A DNA stretch of 64,000 nt from an uncultured cyanobacterium (lineage in GTDB: Bacteria; Cyanobacteriota; Cyanobacteriia; PCC-9006; JAAUQQ01), in NCBI GenBank assembly GCA_963718615.1, contig OY970368.1, positions 4,576,001 through 4,640,000 of the forward strand, given 5' to 3'. The translations under genes and the position numbers were made by a program. Under the pieces are notes generated by a model. It made no database searches and had not been told where the DNA came from. It was given only the letters and a program-made list of their open reading frames with translations. Below, piece by piece: positions 10,682-20,878 of this stretch; within the stretch, counting starts at the first letter, position 1; every line of letters starts with the position of its first letter.

Positions 10682-11995
10682 ATGTTAAGTACAGATATGA
10701 GCTGGGAGGTTGTCCAAGATTTTCTGAATGTTTCAGGGATCAAAGGAGTGGCTTTGATCGATGGACAATCACGCCCCTACTTTCGCGATATCGAAAAGAT
10801 CCTTAATGCCCAACAACGGGAGGCCCTCGCCCAGGGGGTCTGGCAGGTCTTAGAAACGATTCCCGAAAGCTTTGAATCCTTTGAATTTCAGTTTTCTGGG
10901 ACTCAGGTTTATATCCACAAGATGGCCCAGGGGTTAATTCTCCTCATCCTCACCCACGATACGCTGATCTATCCAGATTATTGCGAAGCCTTTACTCGAT
11001 TGAAGGCATCCTTTGAAGCCGATAGCAGTGCCACCCTCGAAGCCTTTCGACGGTTGTTGGGAGCACGCAACACGACGGCAGCGCCTTTAGACACTAGCGC
11101 TTTTGCGCCCATGGCGGAGGTCAAGGCTGCACCGCCCTCTCCCCGAGATCCGGCCCGACCGGTTCCGGCAGAGCGTCAGGTGGCCCAGGCCATGGTCCAG
11201 AGCATCGCTGAGCAAAATGGCAATGGTGGGGCGGCCTTTGCGACGGTGGCAGCCATTCCCGCAGAATCTCCGCCAACGCTAACGCCCCCTAATCCGGACC
11301 CTAAACCCACGGCGCGGCGGCGCAATCCGGAAGATACCCTACCGGATCTGTTTCCTGATGATGATACTGCTTCAGCGACAGCGCCCTCGGCGGCTAAGAG
11401 ATCAACCGCAGCCCCCCAGGCCATAGCCCAGTCAAAGACCCAGCCAAGTCCCCAGCTAAGTCCCCAGCCAAGTCTCCAGGTAAAGCCCCAATCCGTTCCG
11501 CCATCGGTTCAGCCCCTCAGCCCCTCACCTCCGGCTGTCGTCCCGCCACCGGTCCCGCCGGAGCCTGTCTTGCCATCGATTGGGGAGTTAACCCCAAGTC
11601 CAGCCCCAAGTCCAGCCCCAGGTATAGCCCCAGATATAGCCCCAGGTCCAACCTCATCTTTGGGCACAATCTCCTTAGAAACCTGGCTCAACACCCTCAA
11701 TACCTTGGGCCAAGCCGCTGTCCATTACCTCGGTCGTGCTGTCGTGGCCAACTACTGGCGCACCACCCGTCCCCCTGCGGATTGGCTGGCTAGCTTTGAA
11801 ATCGAGCGATCGGGTAACATCCAGTCTGACCCCCAGATCTCCCTCAGTCAGAGCATTTCAGCTACGCAACAGGCGGACCTACAAACCTGGGCTCAGCAAT
11901 TTATCCAGCGCTGTGGCCGAGTGATTCGAGACTTTCCCCAACTGGCTCAAACCCAGGGTCTTACGCCAGAACAATTGGAGCTTTTAGACCTCTAA
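10682..11995 (+). CDS. hypothetical protein, roadblock-like N-terminus, Pro-rich linker (first gene of Pap-like operon)
   Basis: FLNVSGIKGVALIDG N-terminus; co-oriented with ferredoxin/V4R genes. Confidence 0.6.
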   Translation: MLSTDMSWEVVQDFLNVSGIKGVALIDGQSRPYFRDIEKILNAQQREALAQGVWQVLETIPESFESFEFQFSGTQVYIHKMAQGLILLILTHDTLIYPDYCEAFTRLKASFEADSSATLEAFRRLLGARNTTAAPLDTSAFAPMAEVKAAPPSPRDPARPVPAERQVAQAMVQSIAEQNGNGGAAFATVAAIPAESPPTLTPPNPDPKPTARRRNPEDTLPDLFPDDDTASATAPSAAKRSTAAPQAIAQSKTQPSPQLSPQPSLQVKPQSVPPSVQPLSPSPPAVVPPPVPPEPVLPSIGELTPSPAPSPAPGIAPDIAPGPTSSLGTISLETWLNTLNTLGQAAVHYLGRAVVANYWRTTRPPADWLASFEIERSGNIQSDPQISLSQSISATQQADLQTWAQQFIQRCGRVIRDFPQLAQTQGLTPEQLELLDL

Positions 11996-12011
11996 ACGGC
12001 TTAGACTCATT

Positions 12012-12494
12012 ATGCTCAAACAGGTGCGACTCGAACCCCTGGGTCAGACGGTCCATGTCGAAGCCCAGTCCACCCTGTTGTCTGTGCTGCTGCATAAGGA
12101 TCTAGAAGTCCTGAAGGAATGTGGGGGGCGGGGAATGTGCGCCACCTGCCATATTTATATTCGAGAAGGGATGCCTGCCCTTTCTCGCATGTCGCGACGG
12201 GAACAGCGCACCCTGGAGGTGATTACCTCCTGTCGTTCCAACTCCCGCTTGGCCTGTCAGACTCGGGTGCAAGGGGATGGCATTGTGGTCGAGCTGCCTC
12301 CCGGTATGTATGTGCAGTCGATTCAGGATATCGAGGTTTTGATTGGCCGTCGGGCTGAGCAACCGCTTTTGCATCCCATCACTGGGAAAATCCTCGTTGA
12401 AGAGGGAAAACTAGTAACACGTTCCATGCTGAAGCAGCTCAAGAGTGTTACTTTCGAGGTGGCACAGTACTTTAACCAAACTCGCGGCGTTTGA
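12012..12494 (+). CDS. 2Fe-2S ferredoxin (Fd5/Slr0148-like)
   Basis: CGGRGMCATCH and SRLACQ; C-terminal extension. Confidence 0.88.
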   Translation: MLKQVRLEPLGQTVHVEAQSTLLSVLLHKDLEVLKECGGRGMCATCHIYIREGMPALSRMSRREQRTLEVITSCRSNSRLACQTRVQGDGIVVELPPGMYVQSIQDIEVLIGRRAEQPLLHPITGKILVEEGKLVTRSMLKQLKSVTFEVAQYFNQTRGV

Positions 12495-12526
12495 TCGCAG
12501 GGTTCTCATTGCAGGGTTTTACAGGC

Positions 12527-13201
12527 ATGATGACTGCATCACTGACTCCTCCTTCGACCAAGCTGAAGTTCCCCCAAAAACACAACCACTTTGGCTACCG
12601 TGACTTTTTTCGGCTGGATGCCGAGCGAGGCACGCTGGTGGACTGGAATGGCAGTCAAAACTTTCTCACCAGTGAAGATTTTATTATTGGGCTCATCGAA
12701 GGACTTGAAGAGGAAGTCGGGGACGCCTCGGCAGCGGTGATGTACACCGTGGGTTGTGAGTGGGGCAAACGGGATTCCTTTGTCTTTGAAAAATGGTTTG
12801 AGCAGGAATTTGGCCGCAGCATCCGTCAGGTCAATCTGATGTTTTTGCTGGAAACCTGGTGGTGGCCCTATATCAGCCAAGGCTGGGGCCGCTGGGAGGT
12901 GGATCTGGGCGATCGCCAACAGGGTTTCATGTTCATCAATCTCTTCGATTCTGCCCTAGCCCGTACCCTTGGCGATGTGGGTAAGCCGGTCTGTCATCTC
13001 TATGCGGGTCTGTTTGCGGGGTTTTTTACGGAGCTGGTCAAAAAGCAACTGAGCTGTATTGAAATTCAGTGCTATTCCATGGGAGAAAACTACTGTAAAT
13101 TCCTTCTCGGTGGCCAAGACCGGATTAACGCTGCTGCCTTTTGGCTCAACGAAGGGGCAACCGCCAAAGACATTACCCAGCGGCTGCGGGAAGGAGCATA
13201 A
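12527..13201 (+). CDS. V4R (4-vinyl reductase) domain protein
   Basis: GWG, KPVCHLYAG, EIQC..MG..YCKF motifs. Confidence 0.88.
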   Translation: MMTASLTPPSTKLKFPQKHNHFGYRDFFRLDAERGTLVDWNGSQNFLTSEDFIIGLIEGLEEEVGDASAAVMYTVGCEWGKRDSFVFEKWFEQEFGRSIRQVNLMFLLETWWWPYISQGWGRWEVDLGDRQQGFMFINLFDSALARTLGDVGKPVCHLYAGLFAGFFTELVKKQLSCIEIQCYSMGENYCKFLLGGQDRINAAAFWLNEGATAKDITQRLREGA

Positions 13202-13207
13202 TCGCGG

Positions 13208-13618
13208 ATGGCAACCCAGACCTCTGAATCAACTGGCTCAATTGGCTCAACGGCGATCGCCGCTCATTCCTGGAAACAGCTCACCGTTGCTGAATTTCTG
13301 CAAACCATTGCCTGGACCGGTCAACCTCCGGAGACCGTCTTATCGAGCGGACGGGGCACAGCAGCGGCGGATACGCCCCGGATCTCGCCTGCAGTGTTGA
13401 GCTATCGTCTAACGGTGGGGCAATTTTTTGGGGCGATTCCCTGGCAAGGCGGTTCGGTTGAAGCGGCTGCTCTCCCGCTTTCCTTAGCCGTGGCCACTGC
13501 TGATGGCGAACCGCTCCCCGCAGAGCTGCCGCTGCTAGAGGATGTGGTCAGTGGATCCCCAAATGGAGATGCGGATTTGACGCTAGATGATTTTCTGGAT
13601 GCCTTTTCGGGCTTTTGA
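13208..13618 (+). CDS. hypothetical protein of Pap-like operon
   Basis: repeated LTV.(E/Q)F...I.W motif; acidic C-terminus; in operon. Confidence 0.65.
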   Translation: MATQTSESTGSIGSTAIAAHSWKQLTVAEFLQTIAWTGQPPETVLSSGRGTAAADTPRISPAVLSYRLTVGQFFGAIPWQGGSVEAAALPLSLAVATADGEPLPAELPLLEDVVSGSPNGDADLTLDDFLDAFSGF

Positions 13619-13827
13619 AATGGCCTTGGGGCTTGTATTTGGTGTTCACGATTCAGGGTTAACGATTTAGGGTTAATGATTCAGGATTAACAGCGTTGAC
13701 AGATATTACTTTTTCAAGCATTTATTGCAGTTTAGCGATCGCATTTTTAGAAATTGCAGATAGATATCGCAGGTCCAGTGGGATTGATCAGCAAATAACA
13801 GTGGTTCAAGCAATCCGGTAAGGCTCT

Positions 13828-14274
13828 ATGGTTCTGGCGTTAGAAACCTTCTTTAGCGATTCGGATAAGCGCTACCTCAGCGGGGACGAGCTCAAAACCC
13901 TGGGGCGCTATAGTTTGTCGTTGCCCCAGCGGCTGACGCTGTATCGATTTTTGCGAGATCAGGAGTTGGCGATGTTCCAAGCGGTGGCAGACCAGATGGA
14001 GGCCAAGCTGCCGGAGGAAGCCCCGGCGAACCTAGAGCGCTGTCTGAAGGAAGGCATTGTGGCACTGCGGCAGGGGGCGATCGCCATGCTGGTCAACGAT
14101 GCGGAGGTGTTATCCGATCAGCTGCGCTGGCTGCGAGCCAGTCAACAAAACTATGACTCCCAAGCGCTGGATACTCTCATGTTTGGATTACTTCAGCGGG
14201 AACTCGAACAGCGGCTTTCTCCGCCCCAGGCAAAGCTGTTGCTGCCGTTTCTTCAACCGTTTCAATCTCTTTAA
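13828..14274 (+). CDS. phycobiliprotein/globin-like protein
   Basis: SDKRYLSGDELKTL resembles phycobiliprotein helix X/Y; ERC motif. Confidence 0.75.
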   Translation: MVLALETFFSDSDKRYLSGDELKTLGRYSLSLPQRLTLYRFLRDQELAMFQAVADQMEAKLPEEAPANLERCLKEGIVALRQGAIAMLVNDAEVLSDQLRWLRASQQNYDSQALDTLMFGLLQRELEQRLSPPQAKLLLPFLQPFQSL

Positions 14275-14356
14275 ATGGGCCGTAAATTGACCGCCTGTTC
14301 AAATTGACCACCTGTTCAGACCCTATCTGTTCCAGCCCTTTTAGATCTGAAGCCCC

Positions 14357-15016
14357 ATGATTTCTGTCGCTGACCTGATTGACGCCGCCTCCCATGGCCC
14401 CAGCAATTATTTTGCGGCCAACACCTATGTCCGCAGCGACCTGGAACTGGGGTTGCTGGAAAACCGCAGCGGCAGCCGACTGCTGGCGATTCCCGATACG
14501 CTGATCAAGGCACTCTATGCGGGTCTAGAGCAGGAAACGGGCTTGGCCGCACGATTGGTCCTGGCGAACTGTGGTCGCTGGTGGGGCAAAAACTTTTATC
14601 GACGCTTTAGCGAAGAGCTGAGCCAACACTACGAGTTACCGCTCAGTCAATTGCCCATGGCGGAATTTGTTCAATCCCTTCAGGAATGCTGGATCAGCCA
14701 CGGCTGGGGCACGATGGACTTGGACCCGGCGATCGCACCCCAAGGCTTCCTCCTGGTCAAAACCTGGAATTCTCCCTTCGCCACCCAGGCCCCCCAGATG
14801 AACCGCCCTGTTTGTTTCATGGATGCGGGCATTTTGGCCTCGTTCTTTAGTCAACTCACCGGCCAAACCCTAGACTGCGTGCAGATTAGCTGCGAGTCCT
14901 TGGGGGCCGATTGCAATCGTTTTGTCCTGGGTACCCCCGACCGATTGGCACGAGCTGAGGCCCTTGTGGAAGAGCAAGCCGACTTCGAGACCATTCTCCA
15001 AGCCCTGATGCAATAA
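14357..15016 (+). CDS. V4R domain protein (Slr0144-like)
   Basis: HGWG, PVCF, CVQISCESLGADCNRF. Confidence 0.88.
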   Translation: MISVADLIDAASHGPSNYFAANTYVRSDLELGLLENRSGSRLLAIPDTLIKALYAGLEQETGLAARLVLANCGRWWGKNFYRRFSEELSQHYELPLSQLPMAEFVQSLQECWISHGWGTMDLDPAIAPQGFLLVKTWNSPFATQAPQMNRPVCFMDAGILASFFSQLTGQTLDCVQISCESLGADCNRFVLGTPDRLARAEALVEEQADFETILQALMQ

Positions 15017-15137
15017 TCTGATGCAATCAATCTGATCTACTCCAGCGCCTCAGCCTCAACGCTTCTTTTCTAAATTTCCTTTTCTCTTCCTGCTCTGTTC
15101 TTCCCTCTGTTCTCTGCCCTCTTTTTTCTCTCTTCCC

Positions 15138-16898
15138 TTGTCCCCTGCGGTTCCTTCCCATTTATCTGCCTTTGGGCGATCGCAATACTATCGCCTCGGT
15201 CTCGTGGCGCAGGGGCAGTTTGGCAAAGTCTATTGTGCGATTCATCGACAGAGTGGTCAGTTGGTGGCGCTGAAAATCCTGGACATGGCGCGATCGCCCA
15301 CCCAGGATTTTTTGCGAGAACTGAGCTCGATTTTGGCGCTCCAGCACCCCAATCTCATCCAGGTCTACGGCGTCGAGCATCAACCCCAACAACGGCAGCT
15401 CATTTTGGACTACGGCGAAGGCGGGACTCTACGGCACCTGATCGAAGGTATCGCCCCCCTGAGTTTGCCTCAACAGCTTCAAATTCTGATTGAGCTGCTC
15501 GCAGGACTTGACCACGCCCATCGGCGCAATATTATCCACTGCGATGTCAAACCCGAAAATATTTTAGTCAGTCTGACGCCGACGGGTTGGAGCCCCAGAC
15601 TGACCGACTTTGGCATTGCTTACAACCAGGCGTTGCCCGCCGCCCAGCAAATCGCTTCCCGCCAGGGAGCCCCGGCCTACATGGCCCCTGAGCAATTTTG
15701 TGGCCGGATTTTGCCCGCAGTAGATTTGTACGCGGTGGGCATTATTTTGTACGAAATGCTGCTAGGCCACCGTCCCTTTCGCGGATCGCCGACGGAGCTT
15801 CAGCAAGCCCACCAGAAGGCTCCCGTCGAGCTTCCCCCTAAAGTACCGCTCCCGCTCCAGCGAATTTTGCGGCGATCGCTCGAAAAAGTTCCCAGCCGCC
15901 GCTATCCCAGCGCCCAGCTCATGGCTAAAGCCCTCAGCCAAGCCTTACAGAAACTGCACCCCCAGTCTGATGCGCCGCTGTTTTTAACCCCTGGGATAAT
16001 CCCGATCACCGTTCCCCCGAGCCAACTACAGCGCCTGGAGACCAGTGAGCTTGTCCCTCCCCTTGCCTTGCCTGCCTCCCTGGCGGTTTGGCTTCAGCCT
16101 CAGGCCCAGGCTCAAGGGCCAAAAGACTCTTCTAGAGAAGGATCTGGCGATCGCCTAGCTCTGGCTCCCGACTATAGCTGGGCGGCTCTTTTACAGCATC
16201 AGCCTCGGGATCTTTCTGCCAATGGGGCTGCTGAGGCTGAATTTCGACCTGCATTGCATTCTGAATTACGCTGCTGTCGGTCCACCGGCTGTACCCCCGC
16301 GATCGCCCTTCCCCTTCCCGGTCCTCCCCAGGAAATTCTGATCCTCGATCGCCGCTATGGCATTCTCCACTGCCCCCCACTAGCCAGTCCCCCACTAGCC
16401 AGTCCCCCACCGGGCAATTCTCCCCGCCAGGAGCCCCAGAACAGCCATCTCGTCCTGTTCAATCGCCGTGGCACAGTCTTTCCTCCACTCCCGCTTCCCA
16501 TCGCCCTGCGCCGCTGTACCCAGGGCACCCATGCCAACCAACTCCTCGCCCTTGAGCAGCAGCAGCCCCAGGTGTTGCTGCAAATTTCATTGCGTCCCTT
16601 CCGCCTCCAGCGGATTCCCCTCAGTCTTGTTCCTGTGGCGATCGCCCCTTGCCCTTGGGGGATTGCTCTGATCGACGCCCAGCGGCAGCTACTCCTGCTG
16701 GATCTCAGCGGTCATCCCCTAGGAACCTTGACCTTACCCTTGGCGAGCGGGGTGCCCCGCCAGTTGAGCGCCTTGGGCACCCAGGCCATTGCCCTCACCC
16801 TTGATCCCGGCCCCCCAGCGCCCCGCTCAGGGGACCTGACCTCGCCTCAACACTATCGAGTTGATCTCCAGGGGATCGATCTGGGCTTGATTTTCTAG
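15138..16898 (+). CDS. Ser/Thr protein kinase (SpkG/Slr0152-like)
   Basis: QGQFGKVY, HCDVKPEN, DFG, APE; ends the V4R operon. Confidence 0.85.
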   Translation: MSPAVPSHLSAFGRSQYYRLGLVAQGQFGKVYCAIHRQSGQLVALKILDMARSPTQDFLRELSSILALQHPNLIQVYGVEHQPQQRQLILDYGEGGTLRHLIEGIAPLSLPQQLQILIELLAGLDHAHRRNIIHCDVKPENILVSLTPTGWSPRLTDFGIAYNQALPAAQQIASRQGAPAYMAPEQFCGRILPAVDLYAVGIILYEMLLGHRPFRGSPTELQQAHQKAPVELPPKVPLPLQRILRRSLEKVPSRRYPSAQLMAKALSQALQKLHPQSDAPLFLTPGIIPITVPPSQLQRLETSELVPPLALPASLAVWLQPQAQAQGPKDSSREGSGDRLALAPDYSWAALLQHQPRDLSANGAAEAEFRPALHSELRCCRSTGCTPAIALPLPGPPQEILILDRRYGILHCPPLASPPLASPPPGNSPRQEPQNSHLVLFNRRGTVFPPLPLPIALRRCTQGTHANQLLALEQQQPQVLLQISLRPFRLQRIPLSLVPVAIAPCPWGIALIDAQRQLLLLDLSGHPLGTLTLPLASGVPRQLSALGTQAIALTLDPGPPAPRSGDLTSPQHYRVDLQGIDLGLIF

Positions 16899-17386
16899 CG
16901 AATTTTTAGTGAAACTGTTCCCCCTTCCACAGCAAAATTCCAAAATCTTTATTAAGATTGACCGAAATCATTAAATCGAAACAAACGCCTTTCCCATCAG
17001 ACATCCAGGTTTCATCACAAACGTAATCCGTCCTTGGATAGGCTGGTAGCATGATCCCTATAGATTAATCGCGCACTTCAGAGTGCAGACCAGCATTAAG
17101 AATCTTTAGTCTTAAAACTTTGGTCCGCATGTCCATGATTTTGCGTTATGTCGATTTGCGTCACACTAGCGTTTTCTTTGGCAGCTTTTTCTCTTGTTCT
17201 GGCTAGATCTTTGAAATTGTTTTATCACTGAAGATGGAGGCCATTCATCTTTGCCATTTGCTGAGTTTCATTGATCCCGAACAATGAGCTCTAGTAATCG
17301 CTGCTTTACAAATCTGTTGCTTCATCGGGGATCGTTGGGCATCCTTGGTAATTCTTTTAAATAAAAAATTAGCTTAGGCAATCACT

Positions 17387-17722
17387 GTGATATCCGTTAA
17401 CGAAAAGACCTTTGAACAAGAAGTTCTCGAATCTCCTGTTCCAGTGTTAATTAATTTCTGGGCACCTTGGTGCGGGGTCTGTCGCCTGATCAATCCGTTG
17501 CTTAACCAGTTGACCCAGCGAGCCCAGGCCAAGGTCAAGGTGGTCAGCATCAACGCTGACGAGAATTTCAAGCTGGCCAAGGCCTATCGGCTCACCACGT
17601 TGCCGACGCTGGTTTTGCTGAAGGGGGGATCGGTTTGCGATCGCCTAGAGGGCTGTAGCGATCGCGAGCAAATCCAGCTCATTCTCGAACAATTTTCACA
17701 GTGCCATACGTACTCCGCCTAA
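17387..17722 (+). CDS. trxC: thioredoxin C (atypical active site)
   Basis: WAPWCGVC active site; upstream of ndhF1. Confidence 0.75.
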   Translation: MISVNEKTFEQEVLESPVPVLINFWAPWCGVCRLINPLLNQLTQRAQAKVKVVSINADENFKLAKAYRLTTLPTLVLLKGGSVCDRLEGCSDREQIQLILEQFSQCHTYSA

Positions 17723-17807
17723 AGGTTCCCCAAGGCCGTATTTCTTCTGTGTCAAAATAATAAGAGGTTGGTCGAAGCCCTAGGGCACCTGCCAACCCAT
17801 CCGTAGG

Positions 17808-17852
17808 GAATCCAGTTCGACTGAATCCAGTTTGACTGAATCCAGTTTGACT
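17808..17852. repeat. 15-bp tandem repeat x3
   Basis: gaatccagtt(c/t)gact x3 upstream of ndhF1. Confidence 0.85.
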
Positions 17853-17903
17853 GATAGCCCCACTGAATACTTGACGGATCTCGCAACGAACCCGAGGCCA
17901 CTG

Positions 17904-20006
17904 ATGGAAGCAATTTATGAATACGCCTGGTTAATCCCAGTGCTACCGCTGCTTGGAGCCATGCTGGTAGGCGTTGGGCTTATCTCGTTTAACCAGGCTA
18001 CCAATCGACTGCGGCAGGCTAATGCCGTCTTGATTTTGATCCTCATGGGGGCAGCGGCGACGCTGTCCTTTGCCCTTTTATGGAGTCAGATTCAAGGCCA
18101 CGAACCCTATGTCCGCATGTTTGAATGGGCGGCAGCGGGCGACTTTCGGCTCACCATGGGCTATACGGTCGATCACCTCACGACGATGATGTTGGGGGTG
18201 GTGACAACGGTGGCCATTCTGGTGATGATCTACACCGATGGTTACATGGCCCATGATCCGAGCTATGTCCGGTTCTACGCCTACCTGAGTTTGTTTAGTT
18301 CATCGATGTTGGGCCTGGTGCTCAGTCCGAACCTGGTCCAGATTTATATTTTTTGGGAGCTGGTGGGCATGTGTTCCTACCTGCTCATCGGTTTTTGGTA
18401 CGACCGCAAGGGAGCGGCGGATGCCTGCCAGAAGGCTTTCGTAACGAACCGGGTCGGTGACTTTGGTCTTTTGCTGGGGATGCTGGGGCTTTACTGGGCG
18501 ACGGGAAGCTTTGAGTTTGATGTGATGGGCGATCGCCTCACCGAACTCGTGTCCAGCGGTGCCCTCAGCGTGGGTCTCGCGGCTTTGTTTGCAATTCTGG
18601 TATTTCTCGGTCCCGTGGCCAAGTCAGCCCAGTTCCCGCTCCATGTCTGGCTACCCGACGCCATGGAAGGCCCGACCCCCATCTCAGCGCTGATCCATGC
18701 GGCGACGATGGTGGCAGCGGGTATTTTTCTGGTGGCCCGGATGTTCCCGGTCTTTGACCAAATTCCGGCGGTGATGAATGTGATTGCCTGGACCGGCGGC
18801 TTTACTGCCTTTCTAGGGGCAACGATCGCCATTACCCAAAACGACATCAAAAAAGGCTTAGCCTATTCCACCATGTCCCAGTTGGGCTACATGATGATGG
18901 CCATGGGCGTGGGAGCCTATAGCGCGGGACTGTTTCACCTCACGACCCATGCCTATTTCAAGGCCATGCTCTTTTTGGGCTCGGGGTCGGTGATCCACGG
19001 TATGGAAGCGGTGGTGGGCCATGATCCGGTATTAGCCCAAGACATGCGGCTGATGGGCAATCTGCGCAAGTTTATGCCGATTACGGCGATTACGTTTTTG
19101 ATTGGCACCCTCGCCATCTGCGGGATTCCGCCCTTTGCGGGGTTTTGGTCCAAGGACGAAATTCTCAGCTCAACCTTTGCGGTCAATCCGGCGCTCTGGG
19201 TCGTTGGCTATCTCACCGCAGGCATTACGGCCTTTTACATGTTCCGCATGTATTTCATGACCTTTGAAGGGGCGTTTCGCGGCAAGGATACCGGTATCAA
19301 GGGACAGCTCAAGGCCGAAGCGGCTGGGGTTTATGCCTTTGGGCCGGGAGCCATGCACAAGGAGGAGCTAGCAGCCTCCTACGCGGAGTCTAGCCACAGC
19401 GACGAGGGGCATGACGATCACGGGCATGACGATCACGGCCACCATAGTGATACGCCCCATGAGTCGCCTTTTACCATGACGTTCCCGCTGATGGCCTTGG
19501 CAGTGCCTTCGATGCTGATCGGTCTCTTGGGCATGCCCTTTGCCAATCGGTTTGAAGCCTTTATCTATCCTCCAGGCGAAAGCCTAGAAGCCGCAGGCCA
19601 TGCCGCAGAAGCGGGGTTTGATTGGACTGAGTTTCTGCTAATGGGCGGGAGTTCGGTCGGAATTGCCTTGGTGGGGATCACGTTGGCCTCGCTGATGTAT
19701 TCCAGGAAGGTGATTGATCCGGCGGCGATCGCCCGCAAAATCGCGCCCCTCTACTGGCTCTCCCGCCGCAAATGGTACCTCGACGACATCAACGAGATTC
19801 TCTTTGTCCAAGGCAGCCGTCGCCTAGCGCGACAGGTCCTGGAGGTCGATTCCAAGGTTGTCGATGGCGTCGTTAACCTAACGGGCTTCATTACCCTGGT
19901 GACCGGCGAAGGTCTGAAATACTTCGAGAATGGCCGGGCTCAGTTCTATGCCCTGATCGTTTTTGGGGCAGTGCTTGGCCTTGTCGTGATCTTTGGGATT
20001 ACCTGA
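17904..20006 (+). CDS. ndhF1: NDH-1 subunit 5 (NdhF1)
   Basis: MEAIYEYAWLIP, WLPDAMEGPTPISALIHAATMV; His-rich loop. Confidence 0.95.
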   Translation: MEAIYEYAWLIPVLPLLGAMLVGVGLISFNQATNRLRQANAVLILILMGAAATLSFALLWSQIQGHEPYVRMFEWAAAGDFRLTMGYTVDHLTTMMLGVVTTVAILVMIYTDGYMAHDPSYVRFYAYLSLFSSSMLGLVLSPNLVQIYIFWELVGMCSYLLIGFWYDRKGAADACQKAFVTNRVGDFGLLLGMLGLYWATGSFEFDVMGDRLTELVSSGALSVGLAALFAILVFLGPVAKSAQFPLHVWLPDAMEGPTPISALIHAATMVAAGIFLVARMFPVFDQIPAVMNVIAWTGGFTAFLGATIAITQNDIKKGLAYSTMSQLGYMMMAMGVGAYSAGLFHLTTHAYFKAMLFLGSGSVIHGMEAVVGHDPVLAQDMRLMGNLRKFMPITAITFLIGTLAICGIPPFAGFWSKDEILSSTFAVNPALWVVGYLTAGITAFYMFRMYFMTFEGAFRGKDTGIKGQLKAEAAGVYAFGPGAMHKEELAASYAESSHSDEGHDDHGHDDHGHHSDTPHESPFTMTFPLMALAVPSMLIGLLGMPFANRFEAFIYPPGESLEAAGHAAEAGFDWTEFLLMGGSSVGIALVGITLASLMYSRKVIDPAAIARKIAPLYWLSRRKWYLDDINEILFVQGSRRLARQVLEVDSKVVDGVVNLTGFITLVTGEGLKYFENGRAQFYALIVFGAVLGLVVIFGIT

Positions 20007-20024
20007 TGTATCTGGTCCGTTAAC

Positions 20025-20056
20025 AAAAGCCCTGCATCGGTGATGCAGGGCTTTTT
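20025..20056 (+). terminator. rho-independent terminator after ndhF1
   Basis: aaaagccctgcatc-ggt-gatgcagggcttttt perfect hairpin with U tract. Confidence 0.9.
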
Positions 20057-20878
20057 GCTAGGACACAAAAGGGGCACTTAACCAAATCTTTATGGGGATG
20101 AGCCGAATTTTTGAACCCTAGCCCATGCCCTCAGTGCTAGCACCGAAAAAAAATTTTCACTTCGCCAGAAAGTTTTTATTTTCGCCAGAGAGATTGGGTA
20201 ATTTCGTAGATGGATCAACCCTTGCAAGCCCACTAAGCTGGAGACACAATCACCCAACGTGAAGTTGCAGCAGGTTACCCATGGACACCACCGAAAAGCT
20301 GACCCAAGCGTTTTCTCTGAGCTTTTCTCTTCAGCCCCAAGCTGCGATCACGGATGAGACCTCAGATCCCTCTGAAAGTACCTCTGAACCTAACCCTGCA
20401 AATTCTTTGTCCCAAGCCACCGCAGAATATCTGTTACGGGCTGGAGTCGTCAATTCTGGCGATCGCCCTCACCACCATAGGGTCTCTCAGCCCTGGCGGT
20501 CCTGTCCCCCGACGACCGATTCCCCCCCAATTAACGCGGCCCAAATTACTCCTTCTATCGCTATAGCCAACGCCTCTACCCCGATTGCCCAGCCAGGAAT
20601 GGATAACCGTCCGCTGTTTCGCATGGAATTGACTTCTCGCTTTGGCTCCGCGCTGATTTAGTCCATCAAAGCCTATGGAGCTCCTTGAGTCTTTATGAAG
20701 GGTAAAGCCCAGATTTGTCTTTCCTTTACCCTTTCCCTTGCCGTCTTATTGAAAGCTTTATTCTTTTAGTTAGTTATTTTCGCTACCATCGCCCTTAGGA
20801 TTCAGAAGTCGGGTCGCGATCGCCTTATCTATATTTTCTTTTCTATAACTTCTAAAGATTTCCTCAGAGGCAAAGACT

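Noticed and set aside
19395-19460. His/Asp-rich repeat in NdhF1 as a novel metal-binding insert
   Set aside because: A His-rich loop before the PHES motif is common in NdhF/NuoL proteins.
20281-20661. 126-aa ORF between ndhF1 and the adhesin gene
   Set aside because: Low-complexity with no recognisable domain or RBS; cannot be supported as a gene.
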